The notes: generated by a model from the sequence alone, not told the origin. Numbered from the whole stretch's first letter, positions 11,601 to 23,930 are shown. The stretch: DNA of 63,964 nucleotides, filler included, from Thraustochytrium aureum (GCA_012862495.1; 5 parts of 4 records of this genome joined end to end with filler, not necessarily neighbours in it); one strand, 5' to 3'. Numbers and translations are program-made.

Positions 11601-13578
11601 CAAGCGCGTTATTGCCGAGGTGCGCGCCATGGACGCCTCCAAGTCCAAGTCGGAGCGCGAAGCTGCCCACAAGAGGCGCCTGGAGAACCGCAAGCAGCTC
11701 AAGGAGGCCTCCGAGGAGGAGCGCCTGGACGAGTCGCTGGCGCGTATGCGGCGCGCCGCCGAGGCGGGGGCGGCCGAGGCCTGGCTCTCGCGCGTCAAGG
11801 AGGCGAGCGACAACCACCTGTACGACATTTCCAAGTTTTACCGGATCCGCTCGGACGAGTCGTTCACCGAGTCGAGCGCGGACGAGGTCAAGCAGCAAGT
11901 GGCTCACTACAAACTGCGGTGGCAGGCCAAGCCGATCCCGGTGTCGCTGCTCGATATGGACGAGGACCTGAGCAAGACCGCGGTACAAAATCACAAGGCC
12001 ATCCTGCAGTACTGCGGCGAGCTGAGCAACTCGTTTCCGACCGCCATGGCGGGCTATGTGCTGGTTCGTGGACAGGAAAACCCCGAGCTGTGCGACGAGA
12101 TTTACGTCCAGCTCATCAAGCACCTGCACGAAAACCCCAAGGCGGTATCCTCGGACCGTGCTTGGGGCCTTTTGTCGATGTGCTGCCGCCACTTTCCTCC
12201 GACGCCAGAGTTCGAGCCGTTTCTGCTCAACTTTCTTGTGAACCACCGCACCGCAGCTGGCTTGGTGGGCAACTACGCCCGTCTGTGCCTCGTGTTGCTC
12301 GACGGCACAATCGAGATGGGCTCGAGCTCGTTCATGCCCGACATGGACGGCATCGAAGCGTACAGTGCGCGTCCGCCCATTCTGGCCGAGATCGCCAAGC
12401 AGGACGGTTCGTTGCTCTCGATCCCTGTCGCCCCCGACCAGGACGTTGGCTTTGTGCTCGAGATCTGCAACCAAGCCGCGAAGGTTGGCGACAGCGAGGC
12501 GCAGCTCTTTTCGGTCTTTGTTATCGACGGCAAGCAGAGGGTGCAGATGGACCTGCGCACGCGCCTCATCCGCTTTTACAAGCGCTGGAACCCGAGCAAG
12601 CTGCCCTACGTTGACTACTTTGTGAGTAACTGGAGCGGCAACGAGGCCACACTCTTCGCCACGCTCGAGAAAAAGTATGGCCCCGAGCCAGGCCCGAACG
12701 AGGACCTCGAAGGGTTTCGCTCCGGTGGCGAGCGCCTGCGCAAGGTCGGTGGGAAGCGCTCTTCGCGCAGCTTTTTGCGGCTCCCAGTCACGGCGGCGCG
12801 AAGCGCGGCCAAGATGCTGGGCCTCAAGAACGAAAACAGTTCGCCTGCGCCGAGCCCTGAAAACCCGTGGCCGCTTCCGTGGTGGGCGTTTCTGGGCGAC
12901 GTGTACCAGCGCATGGTCAAGCAGGACCGCGAGCCCATTTTCACGCACAAGCGCATGATCATCTTCGACGACGAGCCGCTCACGCCGCAGCTCTTTGCTC
13001 AGGTCCAGCAAGAGGTGCGCGACGGTGACCTGCCCCTTGTTGACAATAAGGACCTCGCTCGCCTTGTCGCTCTGGACCTCACCATCGCCAACGGGGGCAA
13101 GAAGCTCGTCAAGTCCAAGGGCAAGAGCTTTCAGGACGTAATCGTGGAGCGCCTGCCTGCCCGTTGCGTCAAGGAGGTCTCGCCGCAGGAGTGGGAAGCT
13201 TTGGTCAAAGAGGAGCTCGCCGGCGAGCTCCCGACCAGTGTGTCCAAGCTCCAGGAGATGTACTTTGAGACGGCCAAGCGGTCGCCCACGTTTGGCATGT
13301 GCTACTTTTACGCGCAGCCGCACCAGATGGATGCGCCGCTTGTGATTGGCGTCGACATCGAAGGCGTGCACGTGCTCAACCCGACGCGGACCAAGGTGCT
13401 CGAGACCTTTCCTTTTGCGACCATCAGCCGCTTTGGGGCGTCGGGAATCTACTTTTGGCTCCAGATCGTTGTGGAGGGCTCCACCAGCACCATTTACTAC
13501 CGAACTGTGACGCCTTGGTCGATCTATTCGACGGTCTACTCCACCACGCAGGTGGTTGCTGAGCGGCTCAAGAGGTGA
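8642..13578 (+). CDS. Unconventional myosin: motor (5' part in gap), IQ, helical repeats, MyTH4-FERM tail; frameshifts at about 9712, 9950, 11065 and 11370
   Basis: Motor motifs FGKLI, YLLEKSR, ERNYHIFYQL, DIFGFE, FEQLCINYCNEKLQ, QLRCAGLLEVCRI. IQ motif IQARARAFIAK. MyTH4 motifs PIPVSLL, LCDEIYVQLIK, RAWGLLSMC..FPP. FERM C-lobe FGMCYF..VIGVDIEGVHVL. Stop at 13576-13578. Confidence 0.93.
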
Positions 13579-13789
13579 TCTGCTCTGACTTTTGATCAGT
13601 TGAAACTGGTGATCTCCTCAATCTTCAATTCAATTCATTTCATTTCATTCTTTCCACGATCGATCCACCACCAAGCCCATCCAAGCGACTTGCAGCGCCG
13701 CTCGAGCGCACCGAGCATCGCGATGCGCCATCCACGAGCAGCAACCCAACCCTGCGTGCATGCAGTCCGCAGCGAAGTCCAACAACAAC

Positions 13790-13847
13790 AACGACGACAA
13801 CGACGACGACGACGACGACACCCACAACGACACCCACAACGACAACG
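13790..13847 (+). repeat. CAA/CGA trinucleotide microsatellite with short CGACACCCACAA duplication
   Basis: caacaacaacaacgacgacaacgacgacgacgacgacgacacccacaacgacacccacaacgac. Confidence 0.8.
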
Positions 13848-14461
13848 AAGCCGCTCCACCGAACGGCGGCCTCGGCTGCTCGAGCACTTGCGCGTACAAC
13901 TTGCAAATTGCCCACGTAGTCGAGCACAGCAGGTACTTACCTGCTATGCTACCTGCGTTCTTACCGCGCACGATCAAACATGCGAGCTCGGCCCGGCCGA
14001 CGTGAACGAGCCGCGCCGCATTACACTCTACTCGCGCATCGGTATCGGTCCGCTCGTTGCACATCACTCACGCCAGCCAGTGTGTGAGTGAGAATGTATC
14101 CATCCCAGAGACTCGTCGCGAGTCAAAGTTGCACCAATGCGTCTGCCCAAGTGAAGCCACCGCCAGAGCAAACACCATTCCTGGCACGACACCGACCGCA
14201 GATTGGTCTCGCGCGAGGCGTTCGCCAGTACTCAGGCAAGCGCGTTGCGTTGCGTTGCGTTGAGCCGCGAGCCGGCCGCCGTCGTCGAGGAAGGCGCTGC
14301 CAACTGCGTGGCGGCTCACGCGCTGGTCGACCACTGTCGCTGCTGCTGTGGACGACGGCGACGCGGCGGACTTGGCCCAGGACACGCCGCGGGCTGGACG
14401 AGGTCGCGAGCCAGGGCTGGCGGGCGAGCAAGGGTTGTTGGGCAGGCAGGCTCGTGGAGTC

Positions 14462-15809
14462 ATGATGCTTGCGCAGGGACGCCGTGGCCTGGCGAACGCT
14501 GCGAGGGCCGCCGCGGCACGCAGCTTGGCGAGCGTGGGCGGCAGAGCTGGCCAAGTCTGGCCCGCGAGGCGCCTCGTTGGCCTGGAGCTTCGGGGCGTCT
14601 CGACCACGGCGCCAGAGGCCTTCGCAACGGCTGGAGAGCAGCCCTTGCTTGGCGACAAGGCCAAGGAGATGACGCCGGAGACGCGCGACCTTGCGGAGGG
14701 CCTGATTGGCGGCCGGCGCGTCTGCCTGGCGAAAGCGATCACGCTGATCGAGTCGCTCAAGGAGTCGCACCACCTCCAGGCCCAATACCTCCTTGAGCAC
14801 GTTCTCGAGCACAAGCGCGAGAACGGCGAGGCGATCANNNNNNNNNNNNNNNNNNNNNNNNNNNNNNNNNNNNNNNNNNNNNNNNNNNNNNNNNNNNNNN
14901 NNNNNNNNNNNNNNNNNNNNNNNNNNNNNNNNNNNNNNNNNNNNNNNNNNNNNNNNNNNNNNNNNNNNNNNNNNNNNNNNNNNNNNNNNNNNNNNNNNNN
15001 NNNNNGCAGGCAAGAGCAGCTTCATCGAGCGCCTTGGGACAATGTTGGTGCAAGAGCTCGGTTTCCGCGTGGCTGTCCTTGCTGTTGACCCTAGCTCGTC
15101 GCGAACCGGAGGCTCCATTCTGGGCGACAAGACTCGCATGGACCAGCTCTCCAAGCTGGAGAACGCCTACGTCCGGCCCTCGCCGACGCGCGGGTCGCTC
15201 GGCGGTGTCGCCCAGCACACCAACGACGTCGTCCTGCTGTGCGAAGCAGCAGGGTACGAGATTATCATCGTGGAGACGGTCGGCCTTGGCCAGAGCGAGG
15301 TCCTGGTCGACCAAACGGTGGACATGCTGATGCTACTTGTGCCCCCGGCAGGCGGCGACGAGCTGCAAGGAGTGAAAAAGGGTATCATGGAAGTTGCAGA
15401 TATGGTTGTGGTCAACAAGTCGGACGGGGCCCTCGAGACGCCTGCGCGGCACGCCGCGACGGATTTCATGCACGCGCTGCAGCTCATGCGCCGCAAGCAC
15501 GAGAGCTGGCGACCGCGGGTGAAGCGCTGCTCTGCAAAAGCTAACACTGGCATCGATGAAGTCTGGTCCGTCGTGGACAAGTTCCGCAAGCGCATGGGGG
15601 AGAACGGCGCCATCGCCGCCAAGCGGCTCACCCAAAACCGCGCGTGGATGTGGTCCCAGTTCCAGGAGCAGCTTTTGCAGCGCGCCAAGCGGAACGCTCG
15701 CTTGATGGCCCATGTTGATGAGCTGGAGAAGGACCTGGCTCGTGGGCTGGGGACGCCGCGTCACGCCGCACGGACGTTGGTGGACGAGTTTTTGCGCCGC
15801 GAGAGCTAG
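14462..15809 (+). CDS. MMAA: Methylmalonic aciduria type A protein (MeaB/ArgK GTPase), mitochondrial; internal N gap
   Basis: Arg/Ala-rich presequence; LAKAITLIES, AGKSSFIE, VLAVDPSS..GGSILGDKTRM, RPSPTRGSLGGV, VETVGLGQSE, GDELQGVKKGIME, VNKSDG. Confidence 0.93.
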
Positions 15810-15992
15810 CTCGCCATCTGTTCCCGGTGCCGCTGCGCGGTTCCGTCTTTTCGATTTGCCAGTGAGAGGAGAGTGAGCAACGCGGGCTGGGAGAGCCGCG
15901 GCCCGACCGCCAATCCTCCAGGTGCGCCAAACACCAGGGACACGGCCAACCGCCGCCTTTTCCTTGCCGCGCGCGATCGCGCCCTGTCCTGG

Positions 15993-17244
15993 TCAGGGCA
16001 TGAGCTCAAGCTCCTCCCAGTCAAAGAGTTGCAGGAGCAGCGAGGCCTCGTTGTGCGGCCACGTCTTCCACTCGCTCTCAAAACGGAGATCGTTGCAGAC
16101 GTTGTGGAAGTCCTCGCAAAGGAGACACTGCAGGAGCTTCTCTTGGGCCTCTGCGTTTGATATCAAAAGCATGAACAAGCAATGCAGTGCCCACTTTCTC
16201 TCGACCTTCCCGAGCCCTGGCGTGATGACAAATTCGACCAGCTCCATAATCTTGCCGGTCGTGAACGCGACGCGCTGATTGACGGGGTGATCGCGGCACA
16301 CAGCAGACATGAGCCTGAGAACGGCCGTGCAGACCGCAGAGCTGATGCGGAGCTCGTCCATATCAGGGATCCTGGTCGTGCCACCGAGGAGCAGTCGCGA
16401 GGAGAGCCGCGAGAGCAGTTTGGGGTCGCTCTTCGGCTCTTTGGCTTCCGCGAGCGGGTCCTCGACGTCGATTTTCTTGGTTTCTTCATAGCCTGGGTCC
16501 GCCATGCGTGCCTGAAGGATTTCCGAGACAACCTCAAATATTTCTGCGTTCGCAATGGCGTCTTGCACGGCCTTGCCCCCAAGCCAGCACAAAAAGCTCA
16601 GCGTACTGAGGTCTTCCTTCAGCTTGGTTGTGTTTTGGAGGTCAAGCCCGCGCTTGAGCAAGCTTTTGCGCGTCGTGCAGGTACGGCGAGTCTTCTGTCC
16701 CGTGGTCTCGCAGGCGTTCTCGGCGCTCTTGGTCCTTCTTGGCCAGTTCGACCAACGCCATCGCCGCTTTCGCCGCAGTGTCGCCGGACTTGCCGCTGGA
16801 GTTTTTGGGCTCGTTTTCGAGACGGTCGCGGGGTGCGCCGGTGTGGCGTAGCAGTCCCCCAATCTTGTGCATCTCGTTCGAGGCCTTGTTCCAAATTGTG
16901 CCAAGGTCTAATAGCCCACCGCCGGTCTCGGTCTTTGTCTCTTTGAAGCTGGAGGAGCTTTCCCCGATGCCCATCGCAGTTGGCCGTTTGCTCCGCATAC
17001 TCGAGGTGAGTCCTTTCATTGCTTCTCCAACGCCGGACATCGCAAAAGCGCTTGACCTTCGCCCCCTCGAGGAGTTGGTGCTGTTTCCTCCGAAGCCTTT
17101 GCCCTTATCAGCTGCTGCCATGCCAGGCATGTGAAACCGGCCGGAGGCCTCCTTTGCGCTGACCGGTGCCGTCAGGCCATCATCTCCATCTGCGCTTTCA
17201 TCCAGGGTTTGCCGCGGTCTGCGGGCGGCCGTGGACGGATGCAT
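15993..17244 (-). CDS. Hypothetical protein, low-complexity N-terminus and armadillo-like helical C-terminus; frameshift at about 16650
   Basis: ORFs 16642..17304 (ATG at 17244) and 15993..16904 join by one frameshift. VLRLMSAVCRDHPVNQ and WALHCLFMLLISNAEAQ resemble ARM repeats. Confidence 0.6.
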
Positions 17245-17956
17245 TGCTCCAACAACAACTCCAGCGAGCTGCCGTGCGTGCGTGCAGCCCTGGCCTCGTT
17301 TCAAACCGTGTGCGTCGGGAGCAAAATTGCCCCAAATCCCGCACTCTGGCCTCGTTCCAAGCCCTGCGCGTCGAGTGAATCGGCCAATGCCGCTACGGCC
17401 CGTGCCACGCGCACCACGCTCGCTTCCTTGCCGCCAGCCGCTCGCCGCGCGAGTTGGCGCTCTGCTGGAGCTCCATCATGTGTCCGGTGCCCCTCGAAAA
17501 CGTACGCATGTTACCGGCTAAACCCGAAAATCAATGTAAATACGTTTTTTCTACGAGCAAATGGCGCTAGTATCGGAATAGGAGCCTCGAATACACCCTC
17601 GTAACGGTAAATTTTGAGCATCGCAGATGATGGGCGGTGGGAGGATTGGGCTGCGCGGCCACAGCGGGCGCCGTCCAGCCGGGCCGCCCATCGCCCCATC
17701 ACTCAATGAATGAATCAATCTGTCTACTCATCCGCCGATCCACCCATCCGTGGATCCAGCCTTCGCCGCGCTGCGCGGGATGCGGCTCGCCAGCGCGACC
17801 CCGCGACAAGGCCTCGTCACAGGGCGTCCTCCTGTGACGAGGATTTCGTTCTGGCGCCGCGTTTGAATTCCTGGCCTGGCCGTGCCGCAGCAGACCACAT
17901 CGCTCGCTCGAGGTCGGCGCGTCGCGCGCGGACGGAGAGCGCCCGAGCAGTTGCTT

Positions 17957-18056
17957 NNNNNNNNNNNNNNNNNNNNNNNNNNNNNNNNNNNNNNNNNNNN
18001 TTAATTAATTAANNNNNNNNNNNNNNNNNNNNNNNNNNNNNNNNNNNNNNNNNNNN
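17957..18056. other. Artificial scaffold-joining linker (N44-TTAATTAATTAA-N44)
   Basis: Exactly 100 bp; palindromic 12-mer with stops in all six frames; identical at four places. Confidence 0.97.
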
Positions 18057-18057
18057 C

Positions 18058-18543
18058 CCAGCGAGCAAACGGGGTCCGTCGGCGGCGATGGCGCTGGCCG
18101 GTGTAGGCGACCCTTCGAAAGGGCACCGATTTGCGGTGGCAAAACCGGACCCGAAGCGCCCTCTGCCGCGTGCTGGGATCAGCTCGGCATGTTGGAGCTC
18201 AGACGGCGCGTTTCTGGCAACGCGCGACGAGGAGAAGCCTTTTGTCGTGTGGGTTTGGCGGGCGCGCGAGTCGTCCGAGCCGTTCGCCGTCCTCGAGTTC
18301 CCCACCAAGGTGCTCTCGTTTCGCTGGGACCCAGTGCGCCCAAGGCTCGCGGTGGCGACTGGGCAGCCTCTCGCCCACGTCTGGGAGCCTGTGGGCACGG
18401 CCTCCGCCTCTCAAGTGACCGTGATGGCCCCCGACAAGGCGCAGGACTGGCAGGGCGCAGTGCTCGGCGTTCGATGGAGTGCGCTCGGGGATGCTTTGCT
18501 CCTCGTCTCGCGGTCGCACGCGTGCTTTGCCTTTGCTTCCTGA
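18058..18543 (+). CDS. WRAP73: WD repeat protein WRAP73/WDR8 (centriolar), C-terminal fragment
   Basis: KPDPKRPLPRAGIS..WSSDGAFLATRDEEKPFVVWVW...AVLE..KVLSFRWDPVRPRLAVATG matches the recalled WRAP73 C-terminus; truncated by the linker. Confidence 0.8.
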   Translation, partial: PASKRGPSAAMALAGVGDPSKGHRFAVAKPDPKRPLPRAGISSACWSSDGAFLATRDEEKPFVVWVWRARESSEPFAVLEFPTKVLSFRWDPVRPRLAVATGQPLAHVWEPVGTASASQVTVMAPDKAQDWQGAVLGVRWSALGDALLLVSRSHACFAFAS

Positions 18544-19312
18544 CAGATCCAAGCGCCATGGGCCACAGCTGCGGCGGCCGGGCCTTGGTGATCGATCGGG
18601 TAGCTCCACAAGAGACTTTCGTCGGTGATGTGAGATGTAGCCTACTCTACCTACCTCTTCCAGTTGGTCTCCTCAGCTCCGAGCCAGTCTGCCCATCTCG
18701 GGCCGGCCAGAGCGGCTGCGGTTGCGCTTGACCTCTTCGAGCTTGGCCTCTTCGAGCGCTCGACGATGAGCCGGCCTCATCAATGCACTCGAGCCGCGCC
18801 CAGGCCACATCGAATCGAGACCCTCGAGTCCCCAAAACCTCTGTGGCCACCCTGCATTCTGTTCTTCTTTCTGTTCGTCCTGCTTGCTTGCAGGTCCTTT
18901 TCTCGAATTAGCCGGCCCCTCACCTGTTGCGCCCAAAACCACGAGCGCCAACCTCTCGGAAAATCCTCACGTCCACGAGCAGGAAAGGAGGCGCTTGAGA
19001 GGCACCACAGAGGTCTCCAGAGGCCCTGCCGCTGTGGAACGCTCCGGAATCGACCAGAAGCCTCTCAGCCGGCTCTGGAAGTTTCGCGAAACTTCCAGAG
19101 CAAGCAGGTGCATTTTCTCGATGGATCCCAGCTACATACGGGCAAGGTGCAGTGTTGTATCCTCGGCTGAATTGAGTTGCGGGTGCTGATGATGATCGAT
19201 TGTGACAGAACAAGGTGGCATCGGGACGGCAAATAGCACAGTGCATGTTCGAGCTGGTGTGGATGCAGCTCGCGGGCATCGACAGCAGCAGACCCCAAAC
19301 GCAACAAGAGAT

Positions 19313-19368
19313 CAACAACAGCAGCAACAACAACAACAACAACAACAACAACACAACACAACAGCAAC
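19313..19368 (+). repeat. (CAA/CAG)n microsatellite upstream of the Hsp101 gene
   Basis: caacaacagcagcaacaacaacaacaacaacaacaacaacacaacacaacagcaac. Confidence 0.85.
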
Positions 19369-19438
19369 ATCGAAGGAGAGAATCGACAAGGGAGCGTATC
19401 TATTGAGCAAGGAGACCAACGCGAGCTCTAGATAGAGG

Positions 19439-22191
19439 ATGGACCCATCGACGTGGACCGAGTCGACGGTCAAGGTCGTGAACGCGGCGCACGAAAAGGC
19501 CGTCGAGCTGCAGCATGTGCAGCTGACGCCGCAAGTGGTGGCGCTGACGATCTTCGAGGACCCGAACGGCCTCGCGAGCAGGCTCTGCACGAAAGCGGGC
19601 GGCGACCGCATCAAGATCAAGCAGGAACTCGAGCTACTGGTGGCCAAGCTGCCCTCGCAGAGCCCAGCACCACCGCAACTGGCACCGTCGTCGGCCCTCT
19701 TGAACGTGTTCCGCGCGGCTGCGGGATTCCAGAAGAAGGCGGGCGACTCGTACTTGGCCGTGGACAACCTGCTCAAGGCCCTGGCCAACGAGCCCAGCGT
19801 CAAGCCCGCGTTCAAGGCGGGCGAGCTCGCCGCGAGTGCGCTCGACACAGCCATGAAGGAGTCGCGCGGAAACTCTTCCGCGCAGGTACACAGCAAAACG
19901 GGCGAGGACCAGTTCGACGCGCTCGAAAAGTACGGCCGTGACCTGGTCAAGGATGCCATGGACGGCAAGCTGGACCCTGTGATCGGGCGCGACCGCGAGA
20001 TTGCGCGCATCGTGCAGATCCTCTCGCGCAAGACAAAAAACANNNNNNNNNNNNNNNNNNNNNNNNNNNNNNNNNNNNNNNNNNNNNNNNNNNNNNNNNN
20101 NNNNNNNNNNNNNNNNNNNNNNNNNNNNNNNNNNNNNNNNNNNNNNNNNNNNNNNNNNNNNNNNNNNNNNNNNNNNNNNNNNNNNNNNNNNNNNNNNNNN
20201 NNNNNNNNNNNNNNNNNNNNNNNNNATAATCCTCTTCATCGACGAACTGCACCTCGTGATGGGCGCCGGCAAGGGCGACGGCACTATGGACGCCGCCAAC
20301 CTGCTCAAGCCGATGCTTGCGCGCGGCGAGCTCCGGTGCATTGGCGCGACGACAGTAGAGGAGTACCGCAAGCACATCGAGCAGGACAAGGCCTTTGCGC
20401 GTCGGTTCCAAAAGGTCGATGTCGGCGAGCCCTCGGTGGAGGACACGGTGTCCATCTTGCGCGGCATCAAGGAGTCGTACCAGTCGCACCACGGCGTGAC
20501 GATCAAGGACAGCGCCGTCGTGTTGGCCGCCAAGCTGGCCAAGCGGTACGTGACGCAGCGTCACCTGCCAGACTCGGCCATCGACCTGATGGACGAAGCC
20601 GCCGCGCACGTGCGCGTGCAGCTGGACAGCCAGCCCGAGGAGATCGACCGGCTGGAGAGGCGCAAGCTGCAGCTCCAAGTCGAGGAGACGGCGCTGAAGA
20701 CGGAGAAGGACAAGGCTAGCAAGCTGCGCCTGGAGGCCTGCCAGCAGGAGCTGAGCTCGATCGACGACAAGCTGCGCCCGCTCAAGCTCAAGCACGAGGA
20801 GGAGAAGCGGCGCGTCGACGAGCTCCGCCGCCTCCGCAACAAGATCAAGGAGGTGCAGCTCAAGATCCAGCAGGCCGAGCGCCAGCGCGACCTGGCGCGC
20901 GTCGCCGACCTTCGCTACGGCGCGATCCCCGAGCTAGAGGGCCAGCTCAACAAGCTGACCATGGAGGACGCGCGCCTCAAGCAGGAAAACGCGGACGACC
21001 GCCTGCTCACCGAGGTGATCACCGAGAGGGAGATCGCCGAGGTCGTCTCCCGCTGGACTGGGATCCCTGTCACGCGCCTTCAGAAGAGCGAATCCAAGAA
21101 GCTGCTCGACCTGAACAAGCGCCTCAAGGAAAAGGTGATCGGCCAGGACGCTGCCGTCGACGCCCTCGCCAACGCTATCGTGCGCGCCCGCGCCGGGCTC
21201 GCGCCGCAGGGGCGCCCAATCTGCACGGCGCTCTTCCTCGGCCCCAGCGGCGTGGGCAAGACTGAAACGGCAAAGTGCATTGCCGAGGAGCTCTTCGACG
21301 ACCGCGACAGCATGGTGCGGATCGACTGCTCCGAGTACATGGAGAAGCACGCCGTGAGCCGACTCATCGGCGCACCGCCCGGGTATGTGGGCCACGACGA
21401 GGGCGGCCAGCTCACCGAGGCAGTTCGGCGCCACCCATACTCGGTCGTCCTCTTTGACGAGGTCGAGAAAGCGCACAAGGACTTTTTCAACGTGCTGCTC
21501 CAAGTCTTTGACGATGGCAGGCTGACTGACAGCAAGGGCGAGATGGTGGACTTTTTCCAACACGATCATCATCATGACCAGCAACTTGGGCAGCGGCTAC
21601 CTGGTGGAGGCCGCCGACGTCGAGTCGCGCAAGAAGCGACGAAAGGGCTGGGCTCCGAACGAGACGGACGAATCGGACGACGAGCGCCCCGGGGCGGGCG
21701 AGCAGATGAGCATGCGCAAGGCCAAGGACCTTGTGTTCCGCGAGGTTAAGCAGCACTTCCGGCCCGAGTTTCTCAACCGCATCGACGAAATCGCCATCTA
21801 CGAGCCGCTCAAGCTGGAGCTCTTGCATTCGATCGTCAAGCAGCAGCTCAGCGCAATCGTGGGCACGCTCAAGTCGGAGCGCAACATTGTCGTCTCGGCC
21901 ACTTCAGGCGCGATCCAGCAGGTCGTCGAGGCGAGCTTTGACCCTGCCTACGGCGCGCGCCCACTCAAGCGCTGGATGGAGCGCAACGTGGGGACCGAGC
22001 TCGCGCGCCTCCTGGTGCAGGGCGTCATCCCAGACTCGTCCAAGGTGCTCTTGGCCGCCACCGACGAGGAGGTCACCACCGACTTTGCCGTGGCCAACCG
22101 ATTCGTGCTCGAGGCGACGCCGACGCTCTGCTTCCACGTGGGGCTGCGCGACGAGGAGAACGACTTTGAGATGCTCAACTCCAAGTACTAG
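19439..22191 (+). CDS. HSP101: Cytosolic Hsp100 disaggregase (Hsp101/Hsp104/ClpB); N gap over NBD1 Walker A; frameshift at about 21555
   Basis: [42 protein letters not shown], coiled-coil M domain ([11 protein letters not shown]), [40 protein letters not shown]. Confidence 0.96.
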
Positions 22192-22385
22192 AGACGCACC
22201 GCTCGAACTGTACCATCAGAAAAAGGAAATGAAATGAAATGAAATTGAATGAAATTGCTTGTTGGCGGCTTTGATCGCCACGCCACGCCCGCCCGCTGCT
22301 CCGGTCGCTTGCTCCGGCCTTGGTTCGTGAAACCTCCAAAGGTCAACCTGCGTTCGGTCGACCGCCAACGAAGATCTGCCTTGCT

Positions 22386-23930
22386 CTACTGCACCTTGAG
22401 CTTCGAAGCGTTTGCAAAGATGCGCGCCGTGTTCTGCCCACGAAAGTGGAACAAGCCGACAAGCACGCAGACAACCCAGCTCGCGCAGGAGGCCACAATA
22501 AGAAGGTCGACAATCGGGCCAAGCAGAGCCTGCACCGAGCTAAAGTCGACTTGCCCATCCCCGCCCAGAAGCTCTGGGGGCACGACCTTTGCCAGCGCGT
22601 CCCAAAACATGCCAGGCCCGTCGCTTCGCCCGGCCGGCCGGGAAACACCCGGAGCAGCTCGAGCGGCCATCGCCCAAACTGCGTCGCAGCACCCGAACCC
22701 ATCCCCAGCAATGCGCGGCCGAGCAAGCGCAAGCGAGAAGGTGAGCAACGACGGCGCAAGGAATTGGACGGCGGCGTATGCGCAGATGTTGCGCTGGCCT
22801 TTGGCGTACCCTCGCATCGTTGCGGTGGAAAACGACTTTGGGTCGCTCACCATGTGGGCCAGAACGAGGTACGCCGAGTCCAGAAACCGCTGAACCAAGC
22901 TCGAGAGCATCGCAACTCGCACAGCACACAACACTATTACAAGCACAGACCTGGTCTGCACCCACGCGGCGCGTCCTTCGGCGCTGGCGCCGAAAATGAT
23001 GCGAACGACCGGCTCTCCGACGAGCGGCTCAGCGTAGAGGAGCACGACGAGGAGGGGGCCAAGGAAGGAAAGATGCAGGCCTGCCTCTTCCCGCCAGCTC
23101 GCGGCGCCGACGGCCTCCCTATCCTCCCGCATCGCAGTGCTCTCATGGTAGACGCGTGCAAAGCGAAAGCCAGAGAGCAGCGACGAGCCCGCAAAAAGCC
23201 CGCAAAGCACCGCAACAGGCGCGCTGACAGCCCACCAGAGGCGGGAGCGGCCGTTCTTGTCCGAGGCCTGAATCACCCTTGCCACGTCGAGGTCTGGGAA
23301 GGCCTCGGTCTCCGACACCATGCCCATGAACCCGAGGTAGGCCCAGGCGCTAAAAATGCCCATGACGAGCGACAATTGGTTTTCCCGGTTTCCCATGCTG
23401 CTCCACATGCGCGATGCGAGGCTGAGCAGGATGACGAGGCACCGAAGCGCAATGCCGAGCAGGAAAGTGGTGGTTGCGGCCTGGCGACCGCCCATGAACG
23501 AGCCACCAGTGAGACAAAAGAGGATTTCGGACGCGCTAAAGGCCGACACGCCCACAAACGCCGTCCAGAGCAGCGACTCGAGCTCGGCGTAGAAAGTCTG
23601 GTTGACCATGACGACCCTCTCTCTGTAGCAGGTCAGGCTGGCCCCGGTAAGCGGGTCTTTAAAGTCCTGCACCGCTTGCTGCTTGTGCTTGTCGCGCTTC
23701 TTTTTCTTGTTGTTGCCGCCAGGCGCCGGCCCCCCGACGCCGCCCCTCGCCGCGCTCTTCAAAAGGTCCGCGTCGCTCTTGGCGACGCGGTCGACGTCGC
23801 TCAGGTCGTGCGGCACGACGATCTGCATGTTGTTGAGCACATAGTGCGTCGCCTCAAAGAACTTGCTCAGCTTGATGTACGGCAGCAGCGCGGCCAGCAG
23901 CAGCAAGGTGTCCAGCCCGAGCACGGCCAT
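22386..23930 (-). CDS. TMEM161: TMEM161-family multi-pass membrane protein
   Basis: Begins MAVLG, followed by a hydrophobic helix, a basic loop (NNKKKKRDK) and FYAELESLL..., with several TM helices and later AAVQFLAP. This layout matches TMEM161A/B as I recall it. Confidence 0.7.
   Translation of the reverse strand: MAVLGLDTLLLLAALLPYIKLSKFFEATHYVLNNMQIVVPHDLSDVDRVAKSDADLLKSAARGGVGGPAPGGNNKKKKRDKHKQQAVQDFKDPLTGASLTCYRERVVMVNQTFYAELESLLWTAFVGVSAFSASEILFCLTGGSFMGGRQAATTTFLLGIALRCLVILLSLASRMWSSMGNRENQLSLVMGIFSAWAYLGFMGMVSETEAFPDLDVARVIQASDKNGRSRLWWAVSAPVAVLCGLFAGSSLLSGFRFARVYHESTAMREDREAVGAASWREEAGLHLSFLGPLLVVLLYAEPLVGEPVVRIIFGASAEGRAAWVQTRSVLVIVLCAVRVAMLSSLVQRFLDSAYLVLAHMVSDPKSFSTATMRGYAKGQRNICAYAAVQFLAPSLLTFSLALARPRIAGDGFGCCDAVWAMAARAAPGVSRPAGRSDGPGMFWDALAKVVPPELLGGDGQVDFSSVQALLGPIVDLLIVASCASWVVCVLVGLFHFRGQNTARIFANASKLKVQ

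Noticed and set aside
17957..18056. Palindromic TTAATTAATTAA inside N runs (also 29287, 61008, 62697) as a biological site
   Set aside because: Identical 100-bp construct with six-frame stops: an artificial concatenation linker. Genes on different sides are not real neighbours.
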